Shown in pieces: positions 53,666 through 63,173 of a DNA stretch of 64,000 bases. Both the position numbers and the translations under genes were made by a program. This DNA comes from an uncultured Psychroflexus sp. (GTDB lineage: Bacteria > Bacteroidota > Bacteroidia > Flavobacteriales > Flavobacteriaceae). The stretch is from the NCBI GenBank assembly GCA_913062845.1, contig CAJXVZ010000007.1:4209-68208 (forward strand), in the 5' to 3' direction. Under the pieces are notes generated by a model. It had not been told where the DNA came from. It saw nothing but the letters and a program-made list of their open reading frames with translations, and made no database searches. The stretch's first letter is position 1. Every line of letters begins with the position of its first letter.

Positions 53666-55336
53666 TTGTGTGGAATTGTTTGTGCTTTCGAGATAAAGCA
53701 AAAGGCTGAAGACTTAAGGCCTCAGATTTTAGAAATGTCCAAAACATTAAGGCATCGTGGACCGGATTGGAGCGGAATTTTTGCAGATAAAAATTCAATA
53801 TTAGCCCATGAAAGACTGGCCATTGTAGACCCGACGTCCGGAAAACAGCCAATTTTCAGTAAAGATAAATCTTTGGTACTTGCTGCAAATGGCGAGATAT
53901 ATAACCACAAAGCTTTGAGAAGCGAAGTGGAAGATTACGAGTTTACCACAAATTCTGATTGTGAAATAATTCTGGCATTATATAAAAAATATGGTAATGC
54001 ATTTATTGATAAGCTAAATGGCATTTTTGGTTTCGCACTTTATGATGCTAACAGCAATCATTTTTTAATTGCGCGGGATCACATGGGCATCATACCGCTT
54101 TATGTTGGGAGGGACGAACATGGAACCTTATATGTTGCATCAGAATTAAAAGCCCTGGAAGGTATTTGTACAAAAATTGAATCATTTCCTCCTGGACATT
54201 TTCTTTCAAATGATTCTGAGGATTTTCAGCAGTGGTACAAACCAAGCTGGAGAAATTTTGAAGACGTAAAAAACAATGAAACATCTATTGAGATATTAAG
54301 GGAAGCTCTGGATGCAGCAGTCCACAGACAATTAATGAGCGATGTGCCTTACGGTGTTTTGCTGTCAGGTGGTTTAGACTCTTCCATAACATCTGCTTTG
54401 GCAAAGAAGTATGCAGAAAAGAGAATAGAGGAGCAGGACAGAACAGGTGCCTGGTGGCCTAAATTACACTCATTTGCGACCGGCCTTGAATGTTCACCTG
54501 ATTTAAAAGCGGCAAAACGAGTTGCTGAACATCTTGACACTGTTCACCACGAAATCATCTTTACCATACAAGAAGGTCTGGACGCTATAAAAGACGTTAT
54601 TTATCACCTTGAAACTTACGACGTCACTACAGTCAGAGCCTCAACTCCGATGTTTTTGATGGCCAGAGCTATTAAAGCGATGGGAATCAAAATGGTCTTA
54701 TCTGGTGAAGGATCTGATGAGCTCTTTGGTGGTTATTTATATTTTCATAAAGCACCAAATGCAAAAGCCTTTCATGAGGAAACTGTAAGAAAACTAGAAA
54801 AATTGTATCTCTACGATTGTTTAAGAGCCAATAAATCACTTGCGGCATGGGGAATTGAAGGAAGAGTACCATTTTTGGACAAAGAATTTATAGATGTTGC
54901 CATGTCCATTAATCCTGAGGACAAAATGATCAAAGATGGTCGAATCGAAAAATGGGTGCTACGCAAAGCTTTTGAAGACATGCTTCCGGAAGAGGTTGCC
55001 TGGAGACAAAAAGAACAGTTTTCTGATGGTGTTGGCTATTCCTGGATAGATACCCTGAAATCAAAAGTTGAAGAAGAAATTACTGATGAGCAAATGGCCA
55101 ATGCAAAATTCAAATTTCCATTTCAACCTCCAAAAAGTAAAGAGGAGTTTTACTACAGAACTATCTTTGAAGAGCATTTTCCAAGCCTGGCCGCTGCACA
55201 AACAGTGCCATCGGTGCCTTCTGTAGCTTGTAGCTCGGAGGTCGCTCTGGAATGGGATGAATCTTTTAAAAATATGAACGACCCTTCAGGAAGGGCCGTT
55301 TCTAATGTACATTCTGATAGTTACAAAAAAGACTAG
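53666..55336 (+). CDS. asnB: Asparagine synthase B (glutamine-hydrolysing)
   Basis: 556-aa ORF with the N-terminal nucleophile Cys2 (MCGIV) and the SGGLDSS PP-loop. The TTG start is fixed by the Cys2 requirement. Confidence 0.93.
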   Translation: MCGIVCAFEIKQKAEDLRPQILEMSKTLRHRGPDWSGIFADKNSILAHERLAIVDPTSGKQPIFSKDKSLVLAANGEIYNHKALRSEVEDYEFTTNSDCEIILALYKKYGNAFIDKLNGIFGFALYDANSNHFLIARDHMGIIPLYVGRDEHGTLYVASELKALEGICTKIESFPPGHFLSNDSEDFQQWYKPSWRNFEDVKNNETSIEILREALDAAVHRQLMSDVPYGVLLSGGLDSSITSALAKKYAEKRIEEQDRTGAWWPKLHSFATGLECSPDLKAAKRVAEHLDTVHHEIIFTIQEGLDAIKDVIYHLETYDVTTVRASTPMFLMARAIKAMGIKMVLSGEGSDELFGGYLYFHKAPNAKAFHEETVRKLEKLYLYDCLRANKSLAAWGIEGRVPFLDKEFIDVAMSINPEDKMIKDGRIEKWVLRKAFEDMLPEEVAWRQKEQFSDGVGYSWIDTLKSKVEEEITDEQMANAKFKFPFQPPKSKEEFYYRTIFEEHFPSLAAAQTVPSVPSVACSSEVALEWDESFKNMNDPSGRAVSNVHSDSYKKD

Positions 55337-55339
55337 GTA

Positions 55340-56140
55340 TTAATCTAAAGTAACATTATATGTGGTTAATTCCTGAGAAGAAGAGGAGTCGATATCTTCA
55401 AGGGGTACTTGAGGAATAACTTCAAAATTCAGAGTTGTTGTAGACTCACTTTTGATCAAACCGACATCTTTGGCAAAGTAATTGGTAATTACAGAAGCTT
55501 GCTGCTCCTGTAAAATTGGAATGGACACCGGACCAATAGCGGCCAGAACTTCCAGCTCAACAATCCATTCGGAGCTTATGACGTCTGTGTATTCAGTATT
55601 ATTAACACTAAGGCTTTCAAAGGAATCACCCATATTGGTTATTACAGCCACATTTATGGTTATTGGTATTCCGCCTTCGAGTTCTTCCTGAAAAGTTTCT
55701 GTCTCCACAAACATTTCTGTTCCCGCAGGAAGTTGAGTGTTATAGACCGGCACGTTTTCAAGGCTGAAGTCCAGTCCTGAGAAATCAGGGATATTAACGC
55801 TAAAACTTCCGTTGTAGATCAGGCTGGAGCTGCTTTTATAAAGCGCACCCTGTGTAAAAATACTTGTTGTGAGCCCGGAATTTTCAGGGTTACTGGAATT
55901 CAGTTCAAATGCCTGGTTACCCGAAACCTGAGTAGTACCGGATACACTTATAGTTTCATTGCCTGAAAAATCAGCTTGTCCTGTTGCAGAAAACTGATTG
56001 TTATAGTCCCATGTGTTTCCTATCGACAAAGGAAAATAATTAATTGTTTCTTCATTGGTTGGTGATGAATTATCATCTTCAGAACATGCAGCAATGATCA
56101 AAGCTGTAATGATAAGTAATAGAAATCTTGTTTTTTTCAT
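55340..56140 (-). CDS. Hypothetical lipoprotein
   Basis: 266-aa ORF with lipobox LIIAAC. Ser/Thr/Asn-rich beta-type sequence with no known motif. Confidence 0.55.
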   Translation of the reverse strand: MKKTRFLLLIITALIIAACSEDDNSSPTNEETINYFPLSIGNTWDYNNQFSATGQADFSGNETISVSGTTQVSGNQAFELNSSNPENSGLTTSIFTQGALYKSSSSLIYNGSFSVNIPDFSGLDFSLENVPVYNTQLPAGTEMFVETETFQEELEGGIPITINVAVITNMGDSFESLSVNNTEYTDVISSEWIVELEVLAAIGPVSIPILQEQQASVITNYFAKDVGLIKSESTTTLNFEVIPQVPLEDIDSSSSQELTTYNVTLD

Positions 56141-56228
56141 TATTTGGACATTGATAGGTTTAAATAAAAATCAAATATAGACTTTTATTAAGAAGTTGTA
56201 AAACTATAGATATATCTAATTGTTTATT

Positions 56229-56236
56229 TATTTTTG
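56229..56236 (+). promoter_or_regulatory. Candidate -7 box (TATTTTTG) for the oxyR-like gene
   Basis: TAnnTTTG 18 nt upstream of the ATG. Confidence 0.35.
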
Positions 56237-56253
56237 TATAAAATTAAATTATA

Positions 56254-57192
56254 ATGACGATCACTCAGCTAAGATATGTTCTGGCGGTAGCCGAACACAA
56301 AAATTTTACAAAAGCCGCACAACACGCCTTTGTAACTCAGCCAACATTGAGTATGCAAGTTCAAAAGCTGGAAGAAGAGCTGGGCGTGGAAATTTTTAAT
56401 AGGAATAAAAAGCCCATCGCACTGACACAGGTTGGTGAGAAAATCGTAGAACAAGCCAAAAATATTGTCAATGAGAGCTTTAGAATTCAGGATATTGTAG
56501 AGCAGCAAAGAGGTTATATCGGTGGAGAATTCAAACTGGCGATCATACCAACTGTAATGCCTACATTGTTGCCTATGTTTATTAAGAATTTTATAAATAA
56601 ATATAAAAAGGTAAACCTGAAGATCTATGAAATGACAACTGAAAATATTCTTCAAAAACTTGAAAGTGGTAAAATAGATGCTGCCATAGCAGCGACACCT
56701 CTGGAAACTGAAAATATTGTGGAAAAACCTCTTTATTATGAACCTTTTGTTGGATATATACCTCCAGAACACGGTTTACATAAAGTAAATCAATTGTCTC
56801 CGGAAGATTTGAATATTGATGACATTTTACTTCTCGAAGACGGCCATTGTTTTAAAGATAATATTCTCAACATTTGTAAAAACAGAAATGCAAATTTTGA
56901 CATGCCTTATCAAATTGAAAGTGGTAGTTTTGAAACTATGATCAAACTTTCTGATGAAGGTCTTGGTATGACCTTATTACCTTACCTGAATACACTTGAA
57001 ATTCCTGAAAATCAAAAACAAAACCTCAGAAATTTCAATAACCCTAAACCTGCCCGTGAGATCAGTTTGTTACATCATAAGAGTGAGCTTAAACTTCAGA
57101 TCATCAAAGCACTTCATGAGACCATCAATGGCGTGGTCAGAGGCGCCATTGCATTTCAGGATGTGGAAATTGTGAGTCCGAAACCGAAATAA
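56254..57192 (+). CDS. oxyR: LysR-family regulator, OxyR-like (peroxide sensor)
   Basis: 312-aa ORF with an N-terminal LysR HTH. LLLEDGHCFKDNILNIC carries two Cys spaced 9 apart, as for OxyR C199/C208. Confidence 0.75.
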   Translation: MTITQLRYVLAVAEHKNFTKAAQHAFVTQPTLSMQVQKLEEELGVEIFNRNKKPIALTQVGEKIVEQAKNIVNESFRIQDIVEQQRGYIGGEFKLAIIPTVMPTLLPMFIKNFINKYKKVNLKIYEMTTENILQKLESGKIDAAIAATPLETENIVEKPLYYEPFVGYIPPEHGLHKVNQLSPEDLNIDDILLLEDGHCFKDNILNICKNRNANFDMPYQIESGSFETMIKLSDEGLGMTLLPYLNTLEIPENQKQNLRNFNNPKPAREISLLHHKSELKLQIIKALHETINGVVRGAIAFQDVEIVSPKPK

Positions 57193-57289
57193 GTTTTTGT
57201 AACAAAGAAAAAAGTGGGATATATTTGAAGTTATATACTGGTTGCCATTAATACAAAAAAACTTTGCGAATAAAAACAAAAGTTGTTAC

Positions 57290-57303
57290 TTTGTAATTAC
57301 AAA
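57290..57303. promoter_or_regulatory. 14-bp perfect palindrome TTTGTAATTACAAA, candidate MazE/MazEF operator
   Basis: Ends 9 nt upstream of the mazE ATG. Confidence 0.3.
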
Positions 57304-57312
57304 TTAGTAATT

Positions 57313-57558
57313 ATGGAAATAGCTATTATAAAAATTGGAAATTCAAAAGGTTTGCGTTTAAGCAAGACAATTCTAGAAAAGTACAATATAAAAGATAAAG
57401 TTGAGATGATTTTAGAAAAAGGACAAATAATTCTAAAACCTATCGATAAACCTAGAAAAAATTGGGAAAATGCGTTTAGAGAAATGAGAGCAAATAATGA
57501 TGACGAATTATTAATTGACGATGTTTTTGAAGATGAAAATCTCGAAGAATGGAATTAA
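57313..57558 (+). CDS. mazE: AbrB/MazE/SpoVT-family antitoxin
   Basis: 81-aa product from the internal ATG (MEIAIIKIGNSKGLRLSK) with an acidic C-terminal tail. Overlaps the toxin gene by 10 nt. Confidence 0.8.
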   Translation: MEIAIIKIGNSKGLRLSKTILEKYNIKDKVEMILEKGQIILKPIDKPRKNWENAFREMRANNDDELLIDDVFEDENLEEWN

Positions 57559-57872
57559 AACAATACTCCATTGTACTCGTTAATCTTGACCCAACGATTG
57601 GAAGTGAAATTAAAAAAACTCGTCCTTGTGTAATTCTATCACCGAATGAAATTAACAAGTTCCTAAAGACAATCGTTGTCGCACCAATGACGACTAACTT
57701 AAAGAAATATCCGACAAGAGTAAGCGTGAAACATAACGATAAAAATGGAATGATTGCTATTGACCAAATTCGGACAATTGACAAAACTCGAATATTAAAA
57801 AGATTTAACCAGCTAACTAAATCTGAAATAGCAAATTGTAAAAGTATAATTAAAGAAACTTTTGTTGACTAA
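57549..57872 (+). CDS. mazF: PemK/MazF-family endoribonuclease toxin
   Basis: 107-aa ORF. YSIVLVNLDPTIGSEIKKTRPCVILS is typical of MazF/PemK. Confidence 0.85.
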   Translation: MELKQYSIVLVNLDPTIGSEIKKTRPCVILSPNEINKFLKTIVVAPMTTNLKKYPTRVSVKHNDKNGMIAIDQIRTIDKTRILKRFNQLTKSEIANCKSIIKETFVD

Positions 57873-57935
57873 ATCTGACTGAAATACACAATCTAAAAAA
57901 AGTACTAATGGCAACAATATGTATCTTCAATGGCG

Positions 57936-58073
57936 AAGTTTGGGATTCCGATAGCTATCGGAAGAAACAATCCCGAAGCGTCGGGAGGGATTTATTTTCT
58001 AACTTTACGAATGAAAAATAAAAGGAAGTGCTTCTTTGCCCGCCACTGAATCATACACTTCCCGTTGTGCATA
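57936..58073. repeat. Left arm of an imperfect inverted repeat pair (contains palindromes TTCCGATAGCTATCGGAA and TCCCGAAGCGTCGGGA)
   Basis: Blocks AAGTTTGGG, TTCCGATAGCTATCGGA, AATCC..AAGCG..GATTT.TATTT and GTTGTGCATA all recur in reverse complement at 58604-58812. Confidence 0.6.
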
Positions 58074-58570
58074 ATGTAAAACCTGAAATAATAGCTGATA
58101 GTAAATTAAATAATATACCAATCAAAATAAAAAACTATATCTACATTCTTTGTGGATTGAATTTTATTTTACTAAACTTTGGATTAGGTTCTAAAATACA
58201 AATCGAATTGATGAAAATTATTGAAAATACAACTGACTATTTCTTTGCATTTTCTACTTACATAATTGACTATTTCATTATAGCTTCTATTCCTGCAATA
58301 GGAATAATTTTGAATTCTAAGCGTGAGCATTTCAAGATTTCGGAATTAATAATGGATATTATAATGATATCAATTTTTACATTAATTACTTTTGGTATTG
58401 GACTATATTTAATGATTTTTTTTGGGGAACCGACTAATCCACTAATTCCGAAAACAATCATAATCGAACCATTCAAATTATATACAACTATAACTTTATT
58501 AATGGGAGTTTTGATTTCATTTTTATTTCTAAGCCGTAAGGAAAAAAATAAGATAGATTGGAAAAAATAG
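58028..58570 (+). CDS. Hypothetical small polytopic membrane protein
   Basis: 180-aa track ORF (GTG start inside the left repeat arm) with about 4 TM helices, very AT-rich. The true start is uncertain (in-frame ATG at 58211). Confidence 0.4.
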   Translation: MLLCPPLNHTLPVVHNVKPEIIADSKLNNIPIKIKNYIYILCGLNFILLNFGLGSKIQIELMKIIENTTDYFFAFSTYIIDYFIIASIPAIGIILNSKREHFKISELIMDIIMISIFTLITFGIGLYLMIFFGEPTNPLIPKTIIIEPFKLYTTITLLMGVLISFLFLSRKEKNKIDWKK

Positions 58571-58603
58571 TACCGAATAAAATAAGACCGAATGAAATAA
58601 CAC

Positions 58604-58812
58604 TATGCACAACAAGAGGCTATAAGTACTACGGGATTATGGACTGAAATTGAGAGCTTGGGCATTTCTTTCACTCGTCTCGAAATTTCGGAATATATTA
58701 AACGATGATATTTATAAATAAAAAATCGCTCGCTTGGATTCGTGCTGCTCCGATAGCTATCAGAATGAAAGACATTTGCTTGTTTGTCCTGCATTTTTCA
58801 TAGCCCAAACTT
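58604..58812. repeat. Right arm of the imperfect inverted repeat pair
   Basis: Reverse-complement matches to the left arm (TATGCACAAC, TCCGATAGCTATCAGAA, CCCAAACTT), with an extra insertion of about 36 nt. Confidence 0.6.
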
Positions 58813-58976
58813 TGGCAGCATTCCCGACTATATTCATAAAAACTTTATTCCCCAGATCAACATAAAATTGAGTAAATTGAAAAACTAAAATACATGTATT
58901 TTTACAAAATACAATTATTGATTATCAGTAATGTATTTTGCGTTAGTCAGATTATATTGAGTTTAATAGCAAAAAA

Positions 58977-59498
58977 ATGAAGAAAGAAATCAGAAAATTG
59001 TTTTTTATTTTAATTTTAGTTTTATTCGGCTGTGACCGAAGGCATCAAAATGAAATAAATCTAGCAACAGATGAGATATTTGTGTATTACGACGATATAG
59101 ATAAAAAATATAATGTCCTACGGAGTGGTAAACACAAATACTATACTAAATATTTTACTTCTAAGTTTTCATTGAAAGAAACAAATATCCAAGATAGATT
59201 ATTGGTTGAGACAAAAGACAAAAAAAAATTAATTCTTGACTTAACTTTTCGGTATTCTATAAAAGAAAATGCAGTTGTTGAAATACATCAAAAATATGGG
59301 AATGGACTTGAACAAAAACTTATATTACCTAATATCAGATATGTTTCGCGTATGAAATTTAAGAACCTATTATCAGATAGTTTAGAAATGAACAAAATAT
59401 CCGATTCAATAATCAAAACTATAAGGGATATGGATTCTCATTCGAAACTAATTAAATCAAAAACTATTATAATAAATGAACTCAAATTTGAAAAATAA
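58977..59498 (+). CDS. Hypothetical lipoprotein (weak SPFH/band-7-like resemblance)
   Basis: 173-aa ORF with lipobox VLFGC. The segment LDLTFRYSIKENAVVEIHQKYG...LILPNIRYVSR loosely resembles prohibitin-fold proteins. Confidence 0.45.
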   Translation: MKKEIRKLFFILILVLFGCDRRHQNEINLATDEIFVYYDDIDKKYNVLRSGKHKYYTKYFTSKFSLKETNIQDRLLVETKDKKKLILDLTFRYSIKENAVVEIHQKYGNGLEQKLILPNIRYVSRMKFKNLLSDSLEMNKISDSIIKTIRDMDSHSKLIKSKTIIINELKFEK

Positions 59499-59709
59499 GG
59501 TGCGGCACATTTTTGATTGCTACTGAAAGATAAACTTACAGTTAAAATAATATTAGACTTAAATACTTTTAAAAAATGTGCTGTGCTCATATTTAACAAT
59601 AACATGGTCTGTTTTTTCAAAAATATCGACTGGCATTTTGCGATTACTTTCATTTTTTTCAATCAAAAATTCACAAAAGCTAATCGCTAATTTATTAGTT
59701 TACATTGCT

Positions 59710-59717
59710 TACTTTTG
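59710..59717 (+). promoter_or_regulatory. Candidate -7 box (TACTTTTG) for ychF
   Basis: TAnnTTTG 19 nt upstream of the ATG. Confidence 0.4.
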
Positions 59718-59735
59718 CAATCCAAAATTTAAAAT

Positions 59736-60830
59736 ATGAAAGCAGGAATTGTTGGTTTACCTAATGTAGGAAAATCTACCCTTTTTAATGCCTTGTCCAA
59801 TGCCAAAGCCCAAAGTGCAAACTTTCCATTTTGTACCATTGAACCCAATATAGGCGTAGTAAATGTGCCTGACCCAAGATTAAAAAGGTTAGAAGATATT
59901 GTAAAACCCCAACGTGTCGTTCCTGCTACAGTTGAAATAGTGGACATTGCCGGATTGGTGAAAGGTGCCAGTAAAGGTGAAGGTTTAGGCAATCAATTCC
60001 TGGGCAATATCAGAGAAACTGATGCTATCATTCATGTTTTAAGATGCTTTGAAGATGGTAATGTGGTTCATGTGGATGGCAGTGTGGATCCTGTTAGGGA
60101 CAAAGAAACAATAGATATAGAGTTGCAGCTTAAAGATCTCGAGACTGCCGAAAAGAAATTAGAAAAAGTAAAGCGTGCAGCTAAGACCGGTAATAAAGAC
60201 GCCCAAAGAGAAGAAGAGGTTTTGTTAAAGATCATATCACATCTTGAGCAGGGGCAATCAGTAAGAAGCCTGCCTATAGATGAAGATGAATACTTAAAGT
60301 TTGTCAAGCCGGTTCAATATATCACAGACAAGCCGGTGATGTATGTTTGCAACGTAAGTGAAGAAGATGCCGTTTCCGGAAATGAAATGGTTGATAAGAT
60401 CAAAGACATTAGTAAAGATGAGAACGCTGTCGTTCTTACCCTGGCTGTAGGTATCGAAGCAGATATCGCAGAACTGGAAACCTATGAGGAACGTCAGATG
60501 TTTCTTGAAGATATAGGTCTCGAAGAGCCGGGTGTTTCAAAATTAATCAGATTAGCTTACGATCTGCTGAACCAACAAACATATTTTACAGCTGGTGAAA
60601 AAGAGGTCAGAGCCTGGACGGTCAGAAAAGGCGCATCGGCTCCAGAAGCAGCAGGTGTTATCCATACTGATTTTCAAAAGGGATTCATCAGGGCTGAAGT
60701 CATCAGTTACAGTGATTATGACCAGTATGAAAGTGAATCTAAGATTAGAGAAGCCGGAAAGCTAAGGATTGAAGGTAAAGAATATGTGGTGAAAGATGGT
60801 GACGTTATGAATTTTAGATTCAACGTCTAA
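59736..60830 (+). CDS. ychF: Redox-regulated ribosome-binding ATPase YchF
   Basis: 364-aa ORF with GLPNVGKST, a TGS-like C-terminal domain and the ending VMNFRFNV. Confidence 0.95.
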   Translation: MKAGIVGLPNVGKSTLFNALSNAKAQSANFPFCTIEPNIGVVNVPDPRLKRLEDIVKPQRVVPATVEIVDIAGLVKGASKGEGLGNQFLGNIRETDAIIHVLRCFEDGNVVHVDGSVDPVRDKETIDIELQLKDLETAEKKLEKVKRAAKTGNKDAQREEEVLLKIISHLEQGQSVRSLPIDEDEYLKFVKPVQYITDKPVMYVCNVSEEDAVSGNEMVDKIKDISKDENAVVLTLAVGIEADIAELETYEERQMFLEDIGLEEPGVSKLIRLAYDLLNQQTYFTAGEKEVRAWTVRKGASAPEAAGVIHTDFQKGFIRAEVISYSDYDQYESESKIREAGKLRIEGKEYVVKDGDVMNFRFNV

Positions 60831-60957
60831 AATCTTTCAGCTTTTCGAATGTATATTTCCTTAATAAAAACATAAAAACATAGCCTATATTGTAATTTTG
60901 TTGGTCTATATTGCAAACTTTAGTATTTTTAATATTGAACTTTAAACATTGAAAAAT

Positions 60958-63171
60958 ATGTCAGACAACAAATCACAAAACAATAAGGTTAACAATCAGG
61001 AAGATAACAATATTCCGGATGAACAACTTCAAAATACCCCTTCAGAGGAATATTCTGCAAGTACTCCATCTGATGCCAAAGTTGATAATGCGGAAGTTGA
61101 AAAACAAAATCCTGAGGATAAGCAGGAACAAATTGAACCTGTAAATGAAAAATCTGAAGAGAATTCTGAAGGTACTGATGATTTGAATCAGAGTAGTGAT
61201 GACGCTGACATAGAAAAAACGAACGCAGATACCAAAGATGATTCAGGGTTACAGGATGATATAATTTCTAAGGAAGTAAAAGCTGCAGAGGAAAATGATG
61301 TCGAAAAAGATACCGAAGAAGAACAAACTACACATGATAATTCTGCTGAACCAGATTCGGACAATTTAAAAACTGATAAAGACGACCACCATAAAGAGAT
61401 AGATGATGCCAACGCCGAGGACTCTGAGGATGAAGATAATGCCTCAAGACACGATATAGAGCTTAAGGACTATGATACCATGTCCATGGATGAGTTGGTC
61501 ATAGAACTTGAAAAACTTTTGAAAAATGAGAAGGTTCAGGCCATTAGGGAACACGTTACTCAAATTAAAATAGCTTTTGATAAAAAATTCAATGAGGTCA
61601 TTGAAGAAAAGAAAGAGCAATTTATTGAAGAAGGTGGGAATGTAATTGATTTTCATTACTCTTCACCAGTTAAGACCAAATTCAACAGAATTTATTTTGA
61701 TTACCGAGAAAAAAGAGATACTTATTATAAAAATTTAAAAAAGAATCTCAATGAAAATCTTCAAAACCGACTGGCGTTGATTGAGGAGTTGAAGAGCATG
61801 ATAGGTACCGGTAGAGATATGAAAGCTAATTTTCAACAATTCAAAGATCTACAGGAACGTTGGAAAAATGCCGGACCGGTACCAAGAACAGAGTATAATG
61901 AACTTTGGAATAATTACCACCATCATGTAGAGCGGTTCTACGATTTTCTTCATCTGGACAGGGAATTCAGAGATCTTGATTTTCAACATAATCTGGATCA
62001 AAAATTAAAAATCATAGCACGTGCAGAGGAGCTGGTTAAAGAAGAAAATATAAACAGAGCTTTTAGAGAGTTGCAACTCCTTCACAAAATGTGGAAAGAG
62101 GAACTAGGACCTGTTGCCAAAGAATACAGGGATGAAATCTGGGAAAAATTTTCAGAAGCTACCAAAAAGATTCATGAGAATCGAAGAGCGCATTTTGAGC
62201 AGTTAGATAAAGAGCGTGAAAAAAACCTTGAGGTCAAACTTGACATTATAGCGCAAATTAAAAAACTTGCAGAAACGGAAATAAAATCCCATAAGGTTGC
62301 GCAAAAGAATATAAAGCTTGTTAATGAGTTGCGGGAATTGTTTTTTAAAGCAGGAAAAGTACCTCAAAAAGATAATGAAGATGTCTGGAAAGCATTCAAG
62401 GAAAATGTAAGACAGTTCAATAGAGCTAAGAATGCATTTTATAAAGGTTTAAAGCAGGAACAAAACGAAAATCTCGAAAAAAAGCTGGCGCTCATCAAAA
62501 TTGCTGAAGACAATAAAGACAGCGAGGATTTTGATACAGTGACGCCACTTATGAAGAAAATTCAGGCCGATTGGAAGAAAATTGGATTTGTTCCCAGAAA
62601 GCATTCAGACAAAATTTGGAAGCAATTTAAAGCCGCATGTAACCATTACTTTGATAGATTTCACGCACATAAGAACGAAGAGAATAAAGAGGAGTTCGAA
62701 GCCTTCAACGCCAAGAAAGATCTTTTGGAAACTATAAAAGATTACAAAATAAAAAGAGATGAGTCTGAAGATCTTAAAGCCGTCAAAGATTTTATCGAAC
62801 AATGGAAATCTTTAGGCTTAGTCCCAAGACAAAAGCGATATATTGAAGGTAAATTCAATAAAGCCCTGGATAATATCTTTAATAACATGGATATTGATCG
62901 TACCAAGGCCGAAATGCTGAAATATGAAAATCGCCTTCAGGGTCTGGAAGAAGCTGATGATGACAATAAACTTTATAAAGAAGAGCAATTTCTCCGAACA
63001 AAAATAAGTGAGACTGAATCTAAGTTAAATCAATTTGAAAATAATCTTCAGTTCTTTTCTGATGCAGATAAGGAAAGTCCGCTGGTAAAAGAGGTGCATG
63101 ACAATATGGACAAGCTTAAAGAGGAATTGAATATGTGGAAAACCAAATTGCGTAAGATCAGATCTCTGTAA
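60958..63171 (+). CDS. DUF349 repeat protein with long acidic low-complexity N-terminus
   Basis: Five repeats of the W(K/E)xxGxVP...W..F type (e.g. RWKNAGPVPRTEYNELW, DWKKIGFVPRKHSDKIW). Start placed at the first ATG (the track ORF starts at TTG 60949). Confidence 0.8.
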   Translation: MSDNKSQNNKVNNQEDNNIPDEQLQNTPSEEYSASTPSDAKVDNAEVEKQNPEDKQEQIEPVNEKSEENSEGTDDLNQSSDDADIEKTNADTKDDSGLQDDIISKEVKAAEENDVEKDTEEEQTTHDNSAEPDSDNLKTDKDDHHKEIDDANAEDSEDEDNASRHDIELKDYDTMSMDELVIELEKLLKNEKVQAIREHVTQIKIAFDKKFNEVIEEKKEQFIEEGGNVIDFHYSSPVKTKFNRIYFDYREKRDTYYKNLKKNLNENLQNRLALIEELKSMIGTGRDMKANFQQFKDLQERWKNAGPVPRTEYNELWNNYHHHVERFYDFLHLDREFRDLDFQHNLDQKLKIIARAEELVKEENINRAFRELQLLHKMWKEELGPVAKEYRDEIWEKFSEATKKIHENRRAHFEQLDKEREKNLEVKLDIIAQIKKLAETEIKSHKVAQKNIKLVNELRELFFKAGKVPQKDNEDVWKAFKENVRQFNRAKNAFYKGLKQEQNENLEKKLALIKIAEDNKDSEDFDTVTPLMKKIQADWKKIGFVPRKHSDKIWKQFKAACNHYFDRFHAHKNEENKEEFEAFNAKKDLLETIKDYKIKRDESEDLKAVKDFIEQWKSLGLVPRQKRYIEGKFNKALDNIFNNMDIDRTKAEMLKYENRLQGLEEADDDNKLYKEEQFLRTKISETESKLNQFENNLQFFSDADKESPLVKEVHDNMDKLKEELNMWKTKLRKIRSL

Positions 63172-63173
63172 TT

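Noticed and set aside
57908-58024. 38-codon ORF (MATICIFNGEVWDSDSYRKKQSRSVGRDLF...), and the 63-aa minus-strand ORF at 58603-58794.
   Set aside because: Both are translations of the palindromic repeat arms (CCGATAGCTATCGG gives DSDSYR/SDSYRS). They are likely non-coding.
58887-58902. Perfect 16-bp and 14-bp palindromes treated as statistically significant on their own.
   Set aside because: With intergenic AT content this high, a rough estimate gives several perfect 8-bp-arm palindromes per 64 kb by chance. They are kept only as low-interest leads where position makes biological sense.
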